Source of the DNA: Octopus vulgaris
Taxonomy: Eukaryota
Direction: 5' to 3'
DNA: 64,000 nt
NCBI GenBank assembly: GCA_951406725.2
Contig: OX597816.1
Location: forward strand, 161,386,001-161,450,000
Part shown: one piece after another, positions 13,316 to 26,994 of the stretch
Position numbering within the stretch: position 1 is the first letter of the stretch
Layout of the letters: the number at the start of each line of letters is the position of its first letter
The notes under the pieces: generated by a model
The model's database searches: none
Told to the model about the DNA's origin: nothing
Seen by the model: the letters and a program-made list of their open reading frames with translations, nothing else
Program-made: the position numbers and the translations under genes

Positions 13316-13342
13316 ATAGCAGCAGCAGCAGCAGCAGCAGCA
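13265..13342. repeat. (GTA)n followed by (GCA)n microsatellite
   Basis: Direct inspection. Confidence 0.95.
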
Positions 13343-13871
13343 CTGGTTTAAGTTCTGATGTTTTACAAAGAAGTTTTATGGCCATATTTAAAGGAAATCA
13401 CTAATGACCTAAATTAACAAAGTTATTAGAATGAATTACAACAAAGATTATTGATTTCAATTGTTTTATAAAATTATGTGAACAATAGCATTGAAGGCTA
13501 AATGTTTCTAAATAGTTTAATCACTTGTTCATTCATTTCATTTTGGATAATGTGAGTGACAAAGGGATGTCTGTGTAACTTGGATGAAACTAATACTACA
13601 AGGTACTTTTCTATGAAGCACCAATTTATCTGCAATTTCTCACCAATGCGTGCAGCTTCCACCAATACATGTTGTTGTTTGTTTGTTCTTGAGCCATGCC
13701 TGGCTCATAAAAGCTGGTTTCCCGGTCTCATTGGCATATAGGTTTCCCACCTGGATGGGATTCCAGTCTGTCACAGGTGAGCTGCTAGATGCAGGAGGAA
13801 AGAGTGAGAGAAAGTTGTGGCAAAAGAGTCAGCAAAAGTTCACCTTAACCTTCTGCCGGAGCCACATGGAG

Positions 13872-14135
13872 CTTAGGTGGTTTGGTCATGTGATGCATAT
13901 AGATGAGGAGAGTTTGTCCCACCCCTACCAGCATGGCAGGCAGACATTAAACGATGATGATTATGGCAGATGCATAAAGAAGTGCCAGATTGCTGGAACT
14001 TCTGGAAGAGGGAAACCCAAGCATTCATGGGATGAAGTACTGAAGGCTGATCTCAAGATATGGAACCATAAGAAAGAGATGACAACGGACCCAGATGATT
14101 GGTGTTTTGCTGTGTTTGAGAAAACCCATTCCATT
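13872..14135 (+). mobile_element. RTE-clade LINE ORF C-terminal relic
   Basis: LRWFGHVMHIDEES...GRGKPKHSWDEVLKADL...DPDDW matches the RTE C-terminus; interrupted by a short GAT-tail insert; preceded by a reversed family D SINE piece (about 13710-13878). Confidence 0.75.
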
Positions 14136-14209
14136 ACAGCAAAAAACATTGTAATTAACTCCTCTCTGACACGTTAAGCATTTCACCTCACCCAATTCTC
14201 ATCCCCTAA

Positions 14210-14252
<43 letters not shown>

Positions 14253-14682
14253 TCTAAGGTACTACTCAGCTGCTGTAATCATCTGTGAGGAGAATCAACA
14301 CATATTATTACATCCCCTCCCTTCTGGTCGCCTACCTACACCCCTGCTCCCTGGAACCACTTCTATTCCTCATTATCATCTCTGCCCACTCTATTTCTTC
14401 TAATCACCTCCTTTACTATGCCCTCGGGGGGGGAGGGGGCACCATCCTCTCCCCTCCATTATACTCCATTCTTGATACTTCCCTTATCTGCTTTCTTTCT
14501 CAAAGCCCTGTCACATCTATCATCATTCCCCACTTACTATAGCCCCTTATAAACTGGTGTATCTCTCTCTCCACTGCTCCTACACCTTGCTGCTCAACAG
14601 CTCCTCTCAAACTGTTCAACCCATGCCAGTATGCGAAACAGACATTAAAGGATGATTATGTGTCTGTATGTTTGTATGTATT

Positions 14683-15131
14683 CTTTTATTCTTTTACTTG
14701 TTTCAGTAATATGACTGTGGCCATGCTGAAGCACTGCCTTTAGTAAGCGCAGTACTTATTTTATCGGTCTTTTTTGCCAAACTACTAAGTTATGGGTATG
14801 TAAACACACCAACATCAGTTGTCAAGCAATGGTGGTGGGACAAACACAAACACACACACATACACATATACAATGAGCTTCTTTCAGTTTCCATCTATTC
14901 TATCAGTCTCGTCACAGAGACATAAACACACCATCATCGATTGTCAAGCGATGGTGGGACGACAAGCACATACACTACGACGAGCTTCTTTCAGTTTCCG
15001 TCTACCAAATCCACTCAGAAGGCTCTGCTTGGCCTGAGGCTATAGCAGAAGACACTTGCCCAAGGTGCCACCAGTGAGACTGAACCCAGAACCATTGGTC
15101 AGGAAGCAAGCTTCTTACCACACAGCCACTC
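14683..15131 (-). mobile_element. SINE family A with internal partial duplication
   Basis: Homology to 54107-54530; the AAACACACC...GTCAAGC.ATGGTGG segment occurs twice. Confidence 0.85.
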
Positions 15132-15649
15132 TAGTATGTATACATATCTATCCATGTGTGGGTGTCTCTGTGTGCATACATATACACCCACATCCTTTCC
15201 TCATACTCAGATAGCAGTGACACTTAATACATTAGCAGCTTCTTCACACACACTATGGTAAAAGACCATTTTTTTTTAATTAGCTTAATCAGTTTATAAT
15301 AAATAAATCAACAAACAACTAAACAAATAAATAAATTTATCATTACTTTCTGGCTGAAACATTTTCTCACAGTCTCTCAAAAGTAGTTTTGATATTCCTT
15401 AATTCTTCAGACATCTGCATTTCAGGAAATCCCCGAAGGAAATGAAATAAATATGTTTATCTTTACTGGACAAAGATCTCATGTCAATGCTAAAAGTTAC
15501 TTCCATCCATATGGGGGCCAGCTCTAGCTCATTGCTTCCCTACTTCTTCCCTTATATCCTATCATTATACCTATATACTGTCATATAAACTTTTCACCTC
15601 TTCATATTTTCTCATTAATTTTTTTTTTTTTTTTTTGATAGGCACTGCT

Positions 15650-16012
15650 GAGGCTGTGTGATGGTTCTGGGTTCAATCCCATTATTTGGCACTTTGAGTA
15701 AGTGTCTTCTTCTACAGCCTCAGGCCAACCAAAACCTTATGAGCAAATTTGGTTGACGGAAACTGAAAAAAGTCTGTTGTGTGTGTGTATGTGTGCACAT
15801 GCACGTGCGTGTGTGTTTGTCCCCCACAACTGGTGTTGGTGTGTTTACATCCCCGTAACTTAGTAATTTAGCAAAAGACACTAATGAAATAAGTATCAGG
15901 CTTAAACCAAAGTATTGGGGTTGATTCATGCAACTAAAATTTCTTCAAGGTGGTGCTCCAGCATGGCCACAGTCTAATGACTGAAACAAGTAAAAGATAT
16001 AGGATAAAAGAT
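15650..16012 (+). mobile_element. SINE family A
   Basis: Homology to 54107-54530; a further + copy at about 16377-16920 holds a roughly 140-bp (GT)n tract. Confidence 0.85.
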
Positions 16013-16080
16013 AATCAATAGAAAATTATTATTTCTAAATCTCTGAACAGTACTCTAAATCTCAGTAACAGTTCTCTAAG

Positions 16081-16332
16081 GTAAAGATTATTTGCCAACA
16101 TAATGTGGCAATCTTGGTTAGGACAAGTGTTATTGTTATCTAGCCCCAGGAAACCATTGGTATGCAGATATTGCTCTCAGCTGAGTGGGGACACTAAACT
16201 TCCTTGTTTGAAAATATAAGGATGCAGATAATGTGTTGTATAGCTAGCTGGGGACAATGTTTCCTGGGGCTAAATAACAGTAACAATCGTCCTAACCAGG
16301 ACTGCCACACTATGTTGGGAAGTAATCTTTAC
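16081..16332. mobile_element. MITE with about 75-bp imperfect TIRs, superfamily unresolved
   Basis: GTAAAGATTATTTGCCAACATAATGTGGCA...CCCCAGGAAAC is mirrored by GTTTCCTGGGG...TGCCACACTATGTTGGGAAGTAATCTTTAC; no clear TSD. Confidence 0.8.
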
Positions 16333-16530
16333 TCAAAAGCATAATCATTATCCTTGTTATGTTCTGTTTTCTTTTTAGGCATGACTGTGTGGCTCAGAAG
16401 CTCATTTTGTAACCACATGGTTTTTGGTTCAGTCTCACTGCATAGCACATTGGGCGTCTTCTTCTATAGCCCTAGGCCAACTAATGCTTTGTGTGTGAAT
16501 TTGGTAGACAGAAAATATGCTAAAGCTCAT

Positions 16531-16608
<78 letters not shown>

Positions 16609-16627
16609 TGTGTGTGTGTGAGTGTCT

Positions 16628-16678
<51 letters not shown>

Positions 16679-17070
16679 CATTTGTGTGTGCAAACATGTG
16701 TGCATGTTAGTCCTCGCCACCATCTGATAATTGGCATTGGTTTGTTTATATCCCGGTAGCCTAGTGGTTCAGTAAAAGAGACTGATAGAATACGTACCAG
16801 ACTTTTTTTAAAAAGAAGTACTGCAGAGGTTTAGTTTGTTCGACCAAACGCTTCAAACTAGTGCCCCAGCATGGCCACAGTTAAATGACTGCAACAAGTA
16901 AATGACAAAGGTAAAAGATAGTCAGTTATATTCTCTTCCATCATGTCTTTCTGAAGTCATTTACTGAAGTTACTTTATCTCTACCTATCTTCAATCAGCT
17001 TGTCAAGTTTCTTTTTTTTCCCTTGCTTCTCTACCAGTTACCCTCAGTCTTACACATCTCACCCTTCTTG

Positions 17071-17132
<62 letters not shown>

Positions 17133-17397
17133 TTCCACCATGATGTTCTTGAATAACATTTAAAGGTTACCTAGACACAGAGAGAAAAAAGAACGAAAAA
17201 ACCAAGAATATTTCATTTATCTTTTTAATGTTCCCTTGTGTGTCATTTATAATAATTTTCAAATGGTTCCTCAATAAATATGTCAAAGAAACATTCTGCC
17301 ATTGTGAAATTAAAAGAATCCGAGAATCTTTTTCTTCCTTGTTTCCATATTCTATATCTAAGACAATATACTGTGTTTGACTTATATGTACTTTCAG

Positions 17398-17460
17398 GCC
17401 ATAAGTTCAATGATTTATATAGTAATTCATACTAATGCAATTGTGAATATATTGCCATTG
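17398..17460 (+). CDS. Weak candidate exon (63 nt)
   Basis: ACTTTCAG acceptor and TTG|GTAATG donor; only phase 0 open (AISSMIYIVIHTNAIVNILPL); could be chance in AT-rich DNA. Confidence 0.25.
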
Positions 17461-17513
17461 GTAATGAAATAAATTATTACAATATTTAGTCATGTACACT
17501 TTTGTAAACCCAT

Positions 17514-17548
<35 letters not shown>

Positions 17549-18892
17549 TACTATCATCACCATCATCATCATCATTCAACATCAGGCTTCCATACTGGTC
17601 TGCGATGGATGATTTGACAGGGCTTGATAAATTGGAAAACAGCATTATGCACCAATGTCTGTGGCGGGATGTCCTTCCTATTGTCAATCACTTTACAGTG
17701 TGTTTTATTTTTTGTTTGTCTGTTTGTTTCCATGGTACCTTGTAACTTGCAAGGTTAAGGCTCTAAAGTGGCCCTTGTAACTGAGGGGGAACAGAAGAGA
17801 AATTGGGTGCCGATTCTAAAGAGAGAGATGAGAGCCTGTGAATAAGAGGTGAGAATGGGGGAGTATAACAGGAAAATTGGGAGAAGGAAATGATCAGTGA
17901 CATGGTTGAAAGATAGGAAGGGATAGAGTTGAAAAGTGGGGGGTTATCCAACATTATAAGGAGTATATACTGAAGGTGTGAAGGAAAGGGCACCGGAAAG
18001 GGTGTATTAGACTAAGATGCAGAGGAATCCTGTGAGAGTCATTGAAAGAAAGGGAGTGTGGGAGTCAGGATGTGTGAAATGAGGAGTGTTGTTGGGGAAG
18101 CAGAGCAACTGTTGGGTTGGGGCAGTGAGTGAAAAGGAGGAAGTGGAGCAAGAAGTAGACACTGGAAGATATATATTTGCACAAGTTAAGAGAGCCTTTA
18201 TTTGATCATTCAACCTGCTAGAAATAACAAGCAAATTTCCCTCAAATCATACTTTCTTAAAGAAAAAAAAAGGTCATATTGAATAATGTAGGTTGAGGTG
18301 TCAATTCCTGAAAAAAATATGAGATATTCATGACACGAATACCTTTGATTAAAGGTCTGCTCAATTAGGACTAATTTGAAGCTAAACAACAACAACAAAA
18401 CTATTTGAATCGTGATACACTGAGAATATTGCGAAGTGGTACTTATTAAGCATAGTCGAAGCTAGACAGAAGTGTGGTTCTAAGTTTGTCAAAATTATTG
18501 AAATTAATTCCAGTGAACTTTGAAAGTTGAAAGGAAGACCTAGATAAGTTCTGTTAAAAGGCTATAGGAAGATTCTTCCAGTGATGTGTTCAAAGAGAAA
18601 ATCCTGGTATGTAAAGTACCCTCACTACATACATTACTGACAGTACAAAATAACAAGAGCAAGCAGCTTTTGTTCAGAGGATAAAAAAAGAAAAGAAAAG
18701 GAAAGAAAGAAAGAACTGCTGTCCTGACCCATCAAGACCAATTACTATCAGAAAATTATACAGAAAATGAGAAAACAATAGTTTTAACATCAACAGAATG
18801 CAATATAAAGACAATGAAAGCTAACACAACAATGGAGGTCTTATCTATCAACATTGAAACATGGCTGTGTCAACACAAGTACCCATGTCTTC

Positions 18893-18960
<68 letters not shown>

Positions 18961-19168
18961 ACACACACAGAGCATGTGTGTTGGATTATTTACACTGTTG
19001 TGTATCTCCTTGTGTGTGTGTGTATGTGTGTGTGTGTATATATGTTTAAAAATATTTTTGCCACAGTGTAACACTTTAAGAAGCATAAGATAAATCTAAA
19101 ATAAACTAGAAATGGCGCCACCATAGGTGCATTTCTTGTGGTGCCAGCACAACACATATGCACACACA

Positions 19169-19237
<69 letters not shown>

Positions 19238-19912
19238 ACATACACTAATATGTTTATATGCATTTATATATAAAATATCAGTGAAGGCACATGGCTCAGT
19301 GGTTAGAGCATTGAGCTTATGATTGTGAGGTTGTGGGTTTGATTCCCAGACCAGCTTAACCCTTTAGCATTCAGATTACTTTGTTTTTATTTATTCACAT
19401 TGTTTTGAATAAATCATCCAGTATCTTGTGGCTTCAAGATTTCGATGATATTACCAGGATGGAAGCCCAGTGTAAGATTATGATGATGGTGGTGGTGGTG
19501 GTGGGGATATGAGGTTACGAAAGTGTATATGACTATTGTAATCATTTCTGGACAAACAGAAGACACTTGTTCAAGGTACCATACACTAGTGAGATTTAGT
19601 CCAAAACCACCATGTAGCTGGAAAATGAACTTCTTAACCATACATCCATGCGTATCTTCATCATCATCATCATCATTGTCATCATCATTCAATGTTCGTT
19701 TTTCCATGGGTTGGACAGTTTAAAAGGAGTTTGCAAGCCAGGGAGTTGTATCATCTGCTCCAGTCATCTGTTTTGGCATGGTTTCTGTGGCTGAATGCTC
19801 TTCCTAATGCCAGCCACTTTACAGAATGTACTGGGTGCTTTCACATTGCACAACACACACACACTCACACATATACACTAATATGTTTATAAGCATTTAT
19901 ATATAAATCCAA

Positions 19913-20252
19913 GTGAAGGCACATGACTCAATGGTTAGAGCATTGAGCCTATGATTGTGTGGCTGTGAGTTCGATTCCCAGACCAGGCTGCATGTTGTGT
20001 TCTTGAGCAAGACACTCTATTTCCTGTTGCTCCAGTTCACTTGGCTGTAGAAATAAGTTGCAACATCACTGGTGCCAAGCTGTATCAGCCCCTTTACCTT
20101 TCCCTTGGATAACACCAGTGGTGTGGAGAGGGGAGGCTGGTATGTATGGGTGATTGCTGGTCTTCCATAAGCAAGCTTGCCCAGACTTGTGTCTCGGAGG
20201 GTAACTTTCTAGGTGCAACCCTATGGTCGTTCATAACTGAAGGGTGTCACCC
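19913..20252 (+). mobile_element. SINE family D, tail delta
   Basis: D-type head and GTTCTTGAGCAAGACAC core, followed by a tail unrelated to alpha, beta or gamma; degenerate TSD ATAAATCCAAGT / AAAATCCCAGT. Confidence 0.8.
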
Positions 20253-21693
20253 TTTATAAAATCCCAGTTTGGTAAAAAAGAAACCCTTAGGATAGGTATT
20301 AGACTTAAAAGTACTTCGTTTCATTAAATAAAAACCTTCAAAGGCAGTGCCCCAGCATGGCCACATTCCAATAACTGGAACAAAAAGCATACAAGAATTT
20401 ATATTTACTGTGTCCATTTGAGTGTGATCGTTACAAGAATTTAAATTTACTGTGTACCATTTGAGTGTGATCGTTACCAGCGCCGCCTTACTGGCACTTG
20501 TGCCCGTGCTAGTAGGGTGCGAAGAGCACCATCCAAGTGTGATCGTTGCCAGAGCAGTCAACTGGCTCCGTGCCGGTTGCCAGATCAAGATTGGAGCCTA
20601 GTGCGGCTGTCTGGTTCGCCAGCCCTCAGTTAAAATCATCCAACCCATGTTTGCATGGAAGGCGGACATTAAACGATGATGATGATGATGTCGTTATAAA
20701 TATTAGCCAAAAATATACATAATGCTAGTTCTTCAGTTGCTTCAGTTTAGAAGAGAAATGGAATTGGTTAAAAATTAACCAGACTATTATTTACTAAGAA
20801 CAACTTGTCAAGTTAAAGAAGTATTTCATTGAAGCCATAATAAAGTCGTTTATCAGTTTCAGAAAACATTCTGAGAGCATTTTAAAACTTTTCGTTTTGG
20901 AGTAGAGCATTGTTACATTGGATTAAAACAGAAATATTTTAGAAGCTGGTTCTAGTCTGTTTGTTTTTGTCTTTATTTATATATTCTGAAGCAGAATATA
21001 ATCTTTAGAAACTTAAAAACACTCACTCACATGCATGCTGTGCAAAATAGGTTTTCCAGGAGATACATAAAACATTTTATTCAACTGATTCCTTTCATGA
21101 ATTCCAGTCATTAAATATTGTTTTTATTTTTAATTCTTTTTTTTATTTTTATGTGTGTATTTAGAAAAAAATTTATGATTGCTGTTAAAGACAAAATATA
21201 AATGTTTTCCTGAGTTGTTATTTAGTAATTTATATATATATATGTGTGCGTTTGTGCATACATATGTATAAGTATGTAATAAATTAATAAAGAAAACATA
21301 TGCATATATGCATACATATATGTACGTACCTACCTCTACATATATATATACACGCATATATGGGTACAGGACACCAAAAAAAGTCGAACACAATGAGAAA
21401 TGAAAACATAAATACAAAACCAAGAAACTGGACATATAAGTATGTATATACATACACACATGTTTGCACATACATATACACTCACCCACATATATATGCA
21501 CACACACACACACATACACACACACATATACACACAGATATACATATGCACATAAAAACATTACATATCTCGTCCTCCCCATCATCATCATCATCATTAA
21601 CATCATCATCATTTAAGATGCTTTCAATGCAGGCAAGGGCTTGAGAGGATCCAGTGTGCCATAGGGTTGCACTAAATTCCAGTGTCAGCTTAA

Positions 21694-21736
<43 letters not shown>

Positions 21737-21995
21737 CCCTTGTCTAGACATTGCATGGTGGTTATAAATGAGCATCGTTGTCATGCAAGAGAGGTTGTTT
21801 GTTTTCAGTCTTCTGTAAAAGGTATGCCCGGCCGTGGGGAAATATTACCTCACTTGGAAACAAGCAGAGGTTGGTGACAGGAAGGGCATCCAGCTGTAGA
21901 AAATCTGCCTCAACAAATTCTGTCTGACTCATGCAAGCATGGAAAAATAAATATTTGATGATGATGATGGGAATGATGTGTGTGTGTATAAATGT

Positions 21996-22044
<49 letters not shown>

Positions 22045-22201
22045 CACACACACACTCCCAAACGCTCATACATACATATATATGTGTGTGTGTGTGTGCA
22101 TATAAATATACAAACACATACACACACATACACACTCTTTCATATATATACACACATACATTCACACCACACATACATACATATATATGTACTTACATAT
22201 A

Positions 22202-22251
<50 letters not shown>

Positions 22252-22954
22252 CACACACACATGTACATATGTATGTGTATGTGTATGTATGTACATATGA
22301 ATGTATGTATGCAGTATGTACTGTAGAACTAAAACTTATTTTCTTTGAAGATTTAGTAAGCGTAAAATGGCTAAATTTACCATTAGAAAATTTTACATCC
22401 TGACTCAAATGAAATATTACTTTGACTTTTAATGTTGTATGATTTATGCAGATTTTTAGTTTTTAGTGAATATTTAATCAACAGCATGGTCAATATTACT
22501 GCATTAGAAGGAAACATTTCCTTGCAAATTGGCACTTACTTAATTTTTTTTTTAAATACTGCGTTTTGTGACTAATAATGTCGTTAGTTACAGGTTTCCA
22601 ATGGACCAGTAACTGGCTTACTGTATTAAAGAGGTGAGGCTGACAAGGAATTATCTGTATAACTGCGAGGGAACAAATATCACATGGGTTTTTACTAGAG
22701 AGTATTTGCTTATCAGTTTTTCTTTGATGTTGTTTAAAATTTTTCCTATATATGTTACTGAAAGATAAGAATGTGTGTGCGTGCATGTATGTGTGTGTAG
22801 AGAGAGAGAGAGTGGGGGCTGTATTCATGTTTGGGTCTACTTTATCTTTATTCCTGTTCTGTGCTTTTGAATTCCTCTGGAATAAAAAAAAAAAAAGATC
22901 CCTTACATGACAAACAGACAAGAGCTGGAAGTAGGAAGACCATCCAGCTATATA

Positions 22955-23352
22955 TTTCTATATTGCCACAGAGGGGACAAACACTGACAGACAAAGGGAT
23001 TAAGTCGATTACATCGACCCCAGTGCGTAACTGGTACTTATTTAATCAACCCCAAAAGGATGAAAGGCAAAGTTGACCTTGGCGGAATTTGAACTCAGAA
23101 CGTAATGGCAAACGAAATACCTATTTCTTTACTACCCACAAGGGGCTAAACAAAGAGAGGACAAACAAGGACAGACAAATGGATTAAGTCGATTACATCG
23201 ACCCCAGCGCGTAACTGGTACTTAATTTATCGACCATGAAAGGATGAAAGGCAAAGTCGACCTCGGCGGAATTTGAACTTAGAACATAATAGCAGATGAA
23301 ATACGGCTACACATTTCGCCTGGCGTGCTAACATTTCTGCCAGCTCGCCACC
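22955..23352 (-). mobile_element. Dimeric SINE family B, second locus
   Basis: Junction GAAATAC|CTATTTCTTT at 23120|23121 is identical to 8100|8101; CTATATA TSD at 22948-54 and 23353-59. Confidence 0.85.
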
Positions 23353-23554
23353 CTATATAAATCCTGCCATATACCTCCCCATCTAAACCATGCTAACATA
23401 GGATAAAACAGATATTAAATAAACAAACAAATAATACCTTATCGTGTTGTGTCTGGGGAGAGTGATATTGTCTTAATGCCTTATACTTTCTTTTTTCTTT
23501 GTGTGTAATTTTGTTGTCTTCTTCATTGTTGAAGCAAAAATATCTATTTTTTCC

Positions 23555-23720
23555 TACTTTTTTACTTGTTTCAGTAATTTCACTGTAGCCATGCTGGAGC
23601 ACTGCCTTTAGTTGAGCAAATCAACCCCAGGACTTATTCCTATCAGTCTCTTTTGCCAAACCGCTAAATTATGGTGACGTAAACATACCAGCAATGTTGA
23701 GGGGACAAACATAGATACAT

Positions 23721-23760
<40 letters not shown>

Positions 23761-23932
23761 CAGGCTTCACACACAGATTCTGTCAGGCTTCTTTCAGATT
23801 CTGTCTACCAAATCCACTCACAATGCTTTAGTTGGCCCGTGGCTATAGTAGAAAACACTTGCCCAAGGTGCCACTCAGTGAGACTGAACACAGAACTATG
23901 TAGTTGGTAAACAAGCTACTTACCATACAGCC
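23555..23932 (-). mobile_element. SINE family A
   Basis: Homology to 54107-54530. Confidence 0.85.
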
Positions 23933-25037
23933 GTAGAGATTTTCAAAATTTGTAATTATGTAATTGCTTCAAATATCGACACAAGGCATGCAGTTATGAT
24001 GGAAGATGGTTTTTGATACCATCAGCCCCAACACTTGACAAATACTTTATTTTATCAACCCTGGAGGGACAAAAGATAAAAATTGATCTTGGTGGAAATT
24101 GAACTCAGAATGAGAAGAGTCAGCTGGAAGAAAAAGCTACAATGCATTTTTTTCCGGCACTCTAATGATTCTGCCAGCTAGCTAGCTGTCTTTGGGAAAT
24201 TATATAATAAATGAAATCCTATTTTAAAAGGACATATTTAACAAGCAAATTTCAGCCGTTGCAAAGACATGATAGTGCAGCAGCTACAGTAGCAGCAGCA
24301 GCAACAACAGCAGCCAGATTATCTAAACAGGAAATTATGAATATGGTGCTTATCTACAAGTTTCATATATGTGTATGTATGTATGTGAATGTGTGTGTGT
24401 GTGCGTGTGTGCATATGCATTAATATTATGGAAGCATGGTTTCACATATATTTTTTACAAATTCTTGCTCATGCTTCACTTTGAGTTAATATTGCTTTTT
24501 TTTTTATGATGAGATTAAAATTTGAGATAAAATTTCTGTGTCATAACTCTGTGTGTGTGTGTATATTTGCTTTCAGTAAAATGCATGTTTGGAAAGAAGT
24601 TGAGAAAAATTTTGGTTAAAAAAACTTAACCTATTCAATGAATCATAGCAAAATAAACATCAAACCATATTTTTGACACAAATAAAACAGGATGTCTATT
24701 ATGTACATACATGGACTTACAGTTACAAATACACCATTACATATGATAGTAGGCTAGACTATCTTATATACAGTTCCAGGGCTCCACTGGCAGCTGGCAC
24801 TTCCCTTGGGTGGCAGACAGGGGAACATCATATAGATATTTAGAACATCTGTTGTATAAGTCAGTGCATTATATGGATATGCAACCATGGGCCAAAGCGG
24901 CAAAACTACCTAGATGAAATGAGCCAATGCTAACAAGCTGAACCTAAAAAGAAAACGCCATGGAAAGCCTTTGATAGTTCTGTGACAAGGCATGTGAAGG
25001 TGTTTTCAAATAACTTTATATGCAGTTAGGATGTATA

Positions 25038-25203
25038 GAGGGCCAGCCCTAGGGTTGCTGGTACCCCTGGCAAGCTGAACTTCGGCATGTACAAGTTGAC
25101 AGTTGTGGAAATTTCCTTGTCTTTGTCATTTCCTCCTTGATGCCCCCTAGCACATGGCACCCTGCGCAATTGTCTGAGTTGCCAGTACCTTGAGCCAGCC
25201 CTG
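25038..25203. mobile_element. hAT (Tip100-like) MITE
   Basis: Ends (G)AGGGCCAGCC ... GAGCCAGCCCTG; 8-bp TSD GATGTATA / GGTGTATA (7 of 8). Confidence 0.75.
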
Positions 25204-26780
25204 GGTGTATATAAGCCAGACTCAGATGAGGCTGAAACTCAGCATGTCTCTGCAAATTCCTATCTACCCTATTGTCTTGATTTTTGCTAGCCACACAGAT
25301 AACTAGCAAGCAGCCAGCCGAGTAATGCTTGGCCCCTCCATCACCATTATTAACAATTCTCTCCACAACTTTTGCCTTTCTCCTCTATTTCATATCTCAT
25401 TTCTTATTGCATTGAATAACAGATGGCAGGTACAATCATGGATGACAATGAAGGTTAATGATTGTGCTTCTCCATCCAAGTCTGTGTTTCTTGTATTGGT
25501 TCTGTGTCACATCTACATACACATCAGGGACATGGTGGAACTGAAGAAGAAGAGCAATATCTTTGTTGAATCAATGGACAGCCATAGCACAACAGTGTAT
25601 ATAACATAATCTATTGTCAGCTCTGATTACACATGAAAATAGACATCTAAGGAGCAAAGCCCCTGAAGTAGCAGTAGAAAAGGCAGAAAGGAGAGACAGC
25701 ATGTCTGTGATCCAGAGGCTGGAGTGTGTTGGTAAATGACTCCTTGTCAGCTAGTCAAGTTATAGGATATACAACATTATAAATTATCGCTTTTTTTTAA
25801 GGATGTATGACACGTAAGATGCTACATACAAACCTGGGAAATTATAGGAGTTTCAACTGTTGACCTTTGGTAGTCAGAGAATTTTTTATTTTTTTGCTGC
25901 CCTGATTGATTAGTAAAGTTGCACTCACAAACGTATTACGTTTTCTTAACTTTATGACATGCAACTTTGCTCTCTTATTTTCTCTCGTTACTACAGCAGC
26001 CTCTCATCTCCTGAACTATTTACTTGTATATCCTCTGCACTTAAACACATTCAATACATCCACCGCTTCACTTAATCCCCCTTAAATCCTACATCAAACA
26101 CTTTGTCCATTCTCTCCTCCCCAGAATTGTAAACCTCCAGTTGTCTTTATCCTATATACCTATATTTTCCCTAAAGACAGTGACCTACAGATATTCAGTT
26201 GAAACAACAACTGCATACATAAGAGGGGACATCTACAGTAACAAATTGTCTTATAGAGGCAATAACTCTTTGAGTACCGTAGAAGGGTGAAAATTTTCTG
26301 GTTTCAATTCTCAGTTGAGCAATTTCAATTCATTCTACTTCATACCAACAGCTGATCAAAGAAGAGTAAATATCCTGAAGAAAGATGTGTTCTTACATAA
26401 TGTGTTTCTTTTTGACTTACTGGATAAACAAAAGACTTTATTAGAAACAAACATATCAGCTGTATTGATGAAGCATTGAGTTAACTGCATTGCTGCAGTT
26501 TGATGATCTCTTTTGTTATAACGAGTTTACTCAATCTGCCAAAGATAGCAGTCAAACCTCATTCAAATCACAATTTATTATCTTAAAGAAGGGATACTGT
26601 CCTATATTTTAGAGATGAAGAATTCTGTACATTATTTACACTGGATAGATATGTGTCCTCATCTTAAGAATGAGAACCCAGGATTACAGTCTTTTATTTC
26701 ACATTGTCGATATCACATTATACAAAGAAGTTACTGGACAAAATGCTTAAAGATTGCATAAACAATATGTAAAAGAATAT

Positions 26781-26994
26781 AAGGCAGCGAGCCGGCAGAA
26801 ACATTAGCATGCTGGGCGAAATGTTTAGCAGTATTTCGTCTGTCTTTATGTTCTGAGTTCAAATTCCGCCGAGGCCAACTTTGCCTTTCATCCTTTCAGG
26901 GTTGATAAACTAAGTACCAATTATGTACTGGGATTAATCTAATCAACTGGCCCCCTCCCCACAAATTTCAGGCTTTGTGCCTAGAGCAGAAACA
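26781..26994 (+). mobile_element. SINE family B, tail 1
   Basis: 17-bp TSD AATATGTAAA(A/G)GAATAT at 26764-26780 and 26995-27011. Confidence 0.9.
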
